Below, one piece after another: positions 48,889 through 50,280 of a stretch of 50,280 nucleotides of DNA. Under the pieces are notes generated by a model. The model did no database searches. It saw only the letters and a program-made list of their open reading frames with translations, and was not told the origin of the DNA. The stretch lies in contig JAUCBJ010005588.1 in the NCBI GenBank assembly GCA_032718475.1, forward strand, positions 1 through 50,280, read 5' to 3'. The stretch comes from Nemertoderma westbladi. Its lineage: Eukaryota > Animalia > Xenacoelomorpha. Both the position numbers and the translations under genes were made by a program. Every line of letters starts with the position of its first letter. Position 1 is the first letter of the stretch.

Positions 48889-50138
48889 TGTAAAAGCTTC
48901 TGTGGGATATAACTGGCCCTTTTGCTTCGCAATCCAGTTTCCCCCCAGGCGCTGGAATACTCTAAAAGGCTCTCTAACTATATATATTCCCCTCGCCCGC
49001 AAGGTACCGTTATAGGTGTTTTAACGGACATAAAAGTCATTCTTCTATATATGTGTTTTGGCGGACATGGTAAGGCAAAAAACCCAAAATGTACCAAATA
49101 CCTTTACACAGCTTAGCCGTGATGATTCATATTACGACATCTAACAGCTGGTTGCTGACATGGAAACAGCCATTGGACACATGGTTCTTTGTTTAGCTTA
49201 AGCCAATCAGAGCAATTTTTTCTGTCGATGTGGAGCTTTTCGGCCGATCATACTAGGAGTGTTCAGTCTTACTGTTTTTTCTTGATACTTTGTGTTGTTT
49301 GTATCTAGGCCAGGAACACCGGCTCTAGAGTCAATTCGTTTTCATACTTTAGAAGAAACATTAGTAGGCTTAAGATTATAGAGTGTATAACTGTTATCGA
49401 CTCAATCAGCACATACATTCATATCATATCTTAACCTACCGTCTTAATGCTTTTACTGTTGTCATATTTTGTATTAGTTGGTCGAATATTATTTGGAGAA
49501 CATATATAAAGAACCCAAATTTCCCAATTTTCTTGATACACTACAGGTTAGAGAGACGGGTTATATATAGCGATTGCGACTTATATTATTGTGGTTTGTA
49601 GTGAATTTAATGCTATTTGATAAGCACTACATGAATCCGTTGCTGTTCTCTTTATATATGATAAAATTCATTGACGGTCGGCAAATTAGTGAGCAGTATT
49701 GTGTGTTACCGGTAGTGTGCATGATTGTGACTGATAACTAAGCATTTCCTAAAGAATGCGCCTCATACGTGAATCATAAGCCTTACCGACTTACCGTTGT
49801 GATTAGTATAAGTCATATCTCTGTTTACTTAGATAGAGCGCCACGTCCTAAAGGAACTGTTAATATTTCCCGAAAGTAAATAATATTAGTCAGAAATTTA
49901 TTAACGATCAATCGAATAATACAATACAGTAAGCTTACACTGCAATAATAATCTAAGCCCTCAGAATCCAGTCTCCCGGGTATATCCAGCGGGTGAATGG
50001 ACGCGCACTAGGCTGGCTTCTGCTAATGTTGTGTTTATTGGTATTAAATATTTGTCATCTTCTAAAGTCTATTTATAAACCAAAAGACATATAAATTTTG
50101 GCAGGTTAAACTGCTAAAGGTCTTCAAAAGCGCGTACA
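48889..50138 (+). repeat. 3' LTR of B (1250 bp)
   Basis: TGTAAAAGC...GCGCGTACA, preceded by PPT GGGAGCGG. Confidence 0.93.
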
Positions 50139-50143
50139 AAAGC

Positions 50144-50280
50144 ATTCCTAAAGAATGCGCCATTTGCGTTATCTTATTGCCTAAAGAATGCGCCATTTGC
50201 GTTATCTCAATGCCACTCGTTGTAATTAGTGTCAGTCATAACTCTGCGTGATACTTAAAGCGCTACGCCCCAAAGGAACT
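50144..50280 (+). repeat. Continuation of the host LTR begun at 37569
   Basis: attcctaaagaatgcgc..agtcataactctg..aaagcgc.acg.cc.aaaggaact matches the solo LTR at 27785-27890. Confidence 0.88.

Larger units (their letters stand above)
38298..50138 (+). mobile_element. BEL/Pao-related non-autonomous LTR retrotransposon, copy B
   Basis: 5-bp TSD AAAGC (38293-38297 / 50139-50143); LTRs differ at only about ten positions; same architecture as A. Confidence 0.93.

Overview
Repeat-dense, AT-rich animal (invertebrate-like) genomic DNA. The only host gene I can support is the last two exons of a nicotinic-acetylcholine-receptor-type Cys-loop channel on the minus strand (33526-33776, 30905-31033). Most of the rest is transposable elements, many nested. 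A BEL/Pao-related LTR family is present as two near-complete copies (A 61-12657; B 38298-50138, 5-bp TSD), a solo LTR and two further LTR pieces. Also present: a decayed Ty3/Gypsy relic, an RTE LINE with both ends that hosts a hATm-like DNA transposon and a second RTE, a 36-bp hairpin minisatellite, a tRNA-SINE, and a Penelope fragment split by an RTEX-like LINE. The LTR family is the most interesting part. Both diverged copies encode Gag + protease but lack RT and integrase at the same junction, and both carry a second 3' ORF (three zinc knuckles in copy B) behind a covarying multi-stem RNA structure. Copy A has no tRNA primer-binding site: the 12 nt right after its 5' LTR are the exact complement of a 12-mer inside the LTR, next to a covarying U5 stem. 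This suggests Tf1-style self-primed reverse transcription in a BEL/Pao lineage. All calls were made by eye; no searches or folding programs were run.
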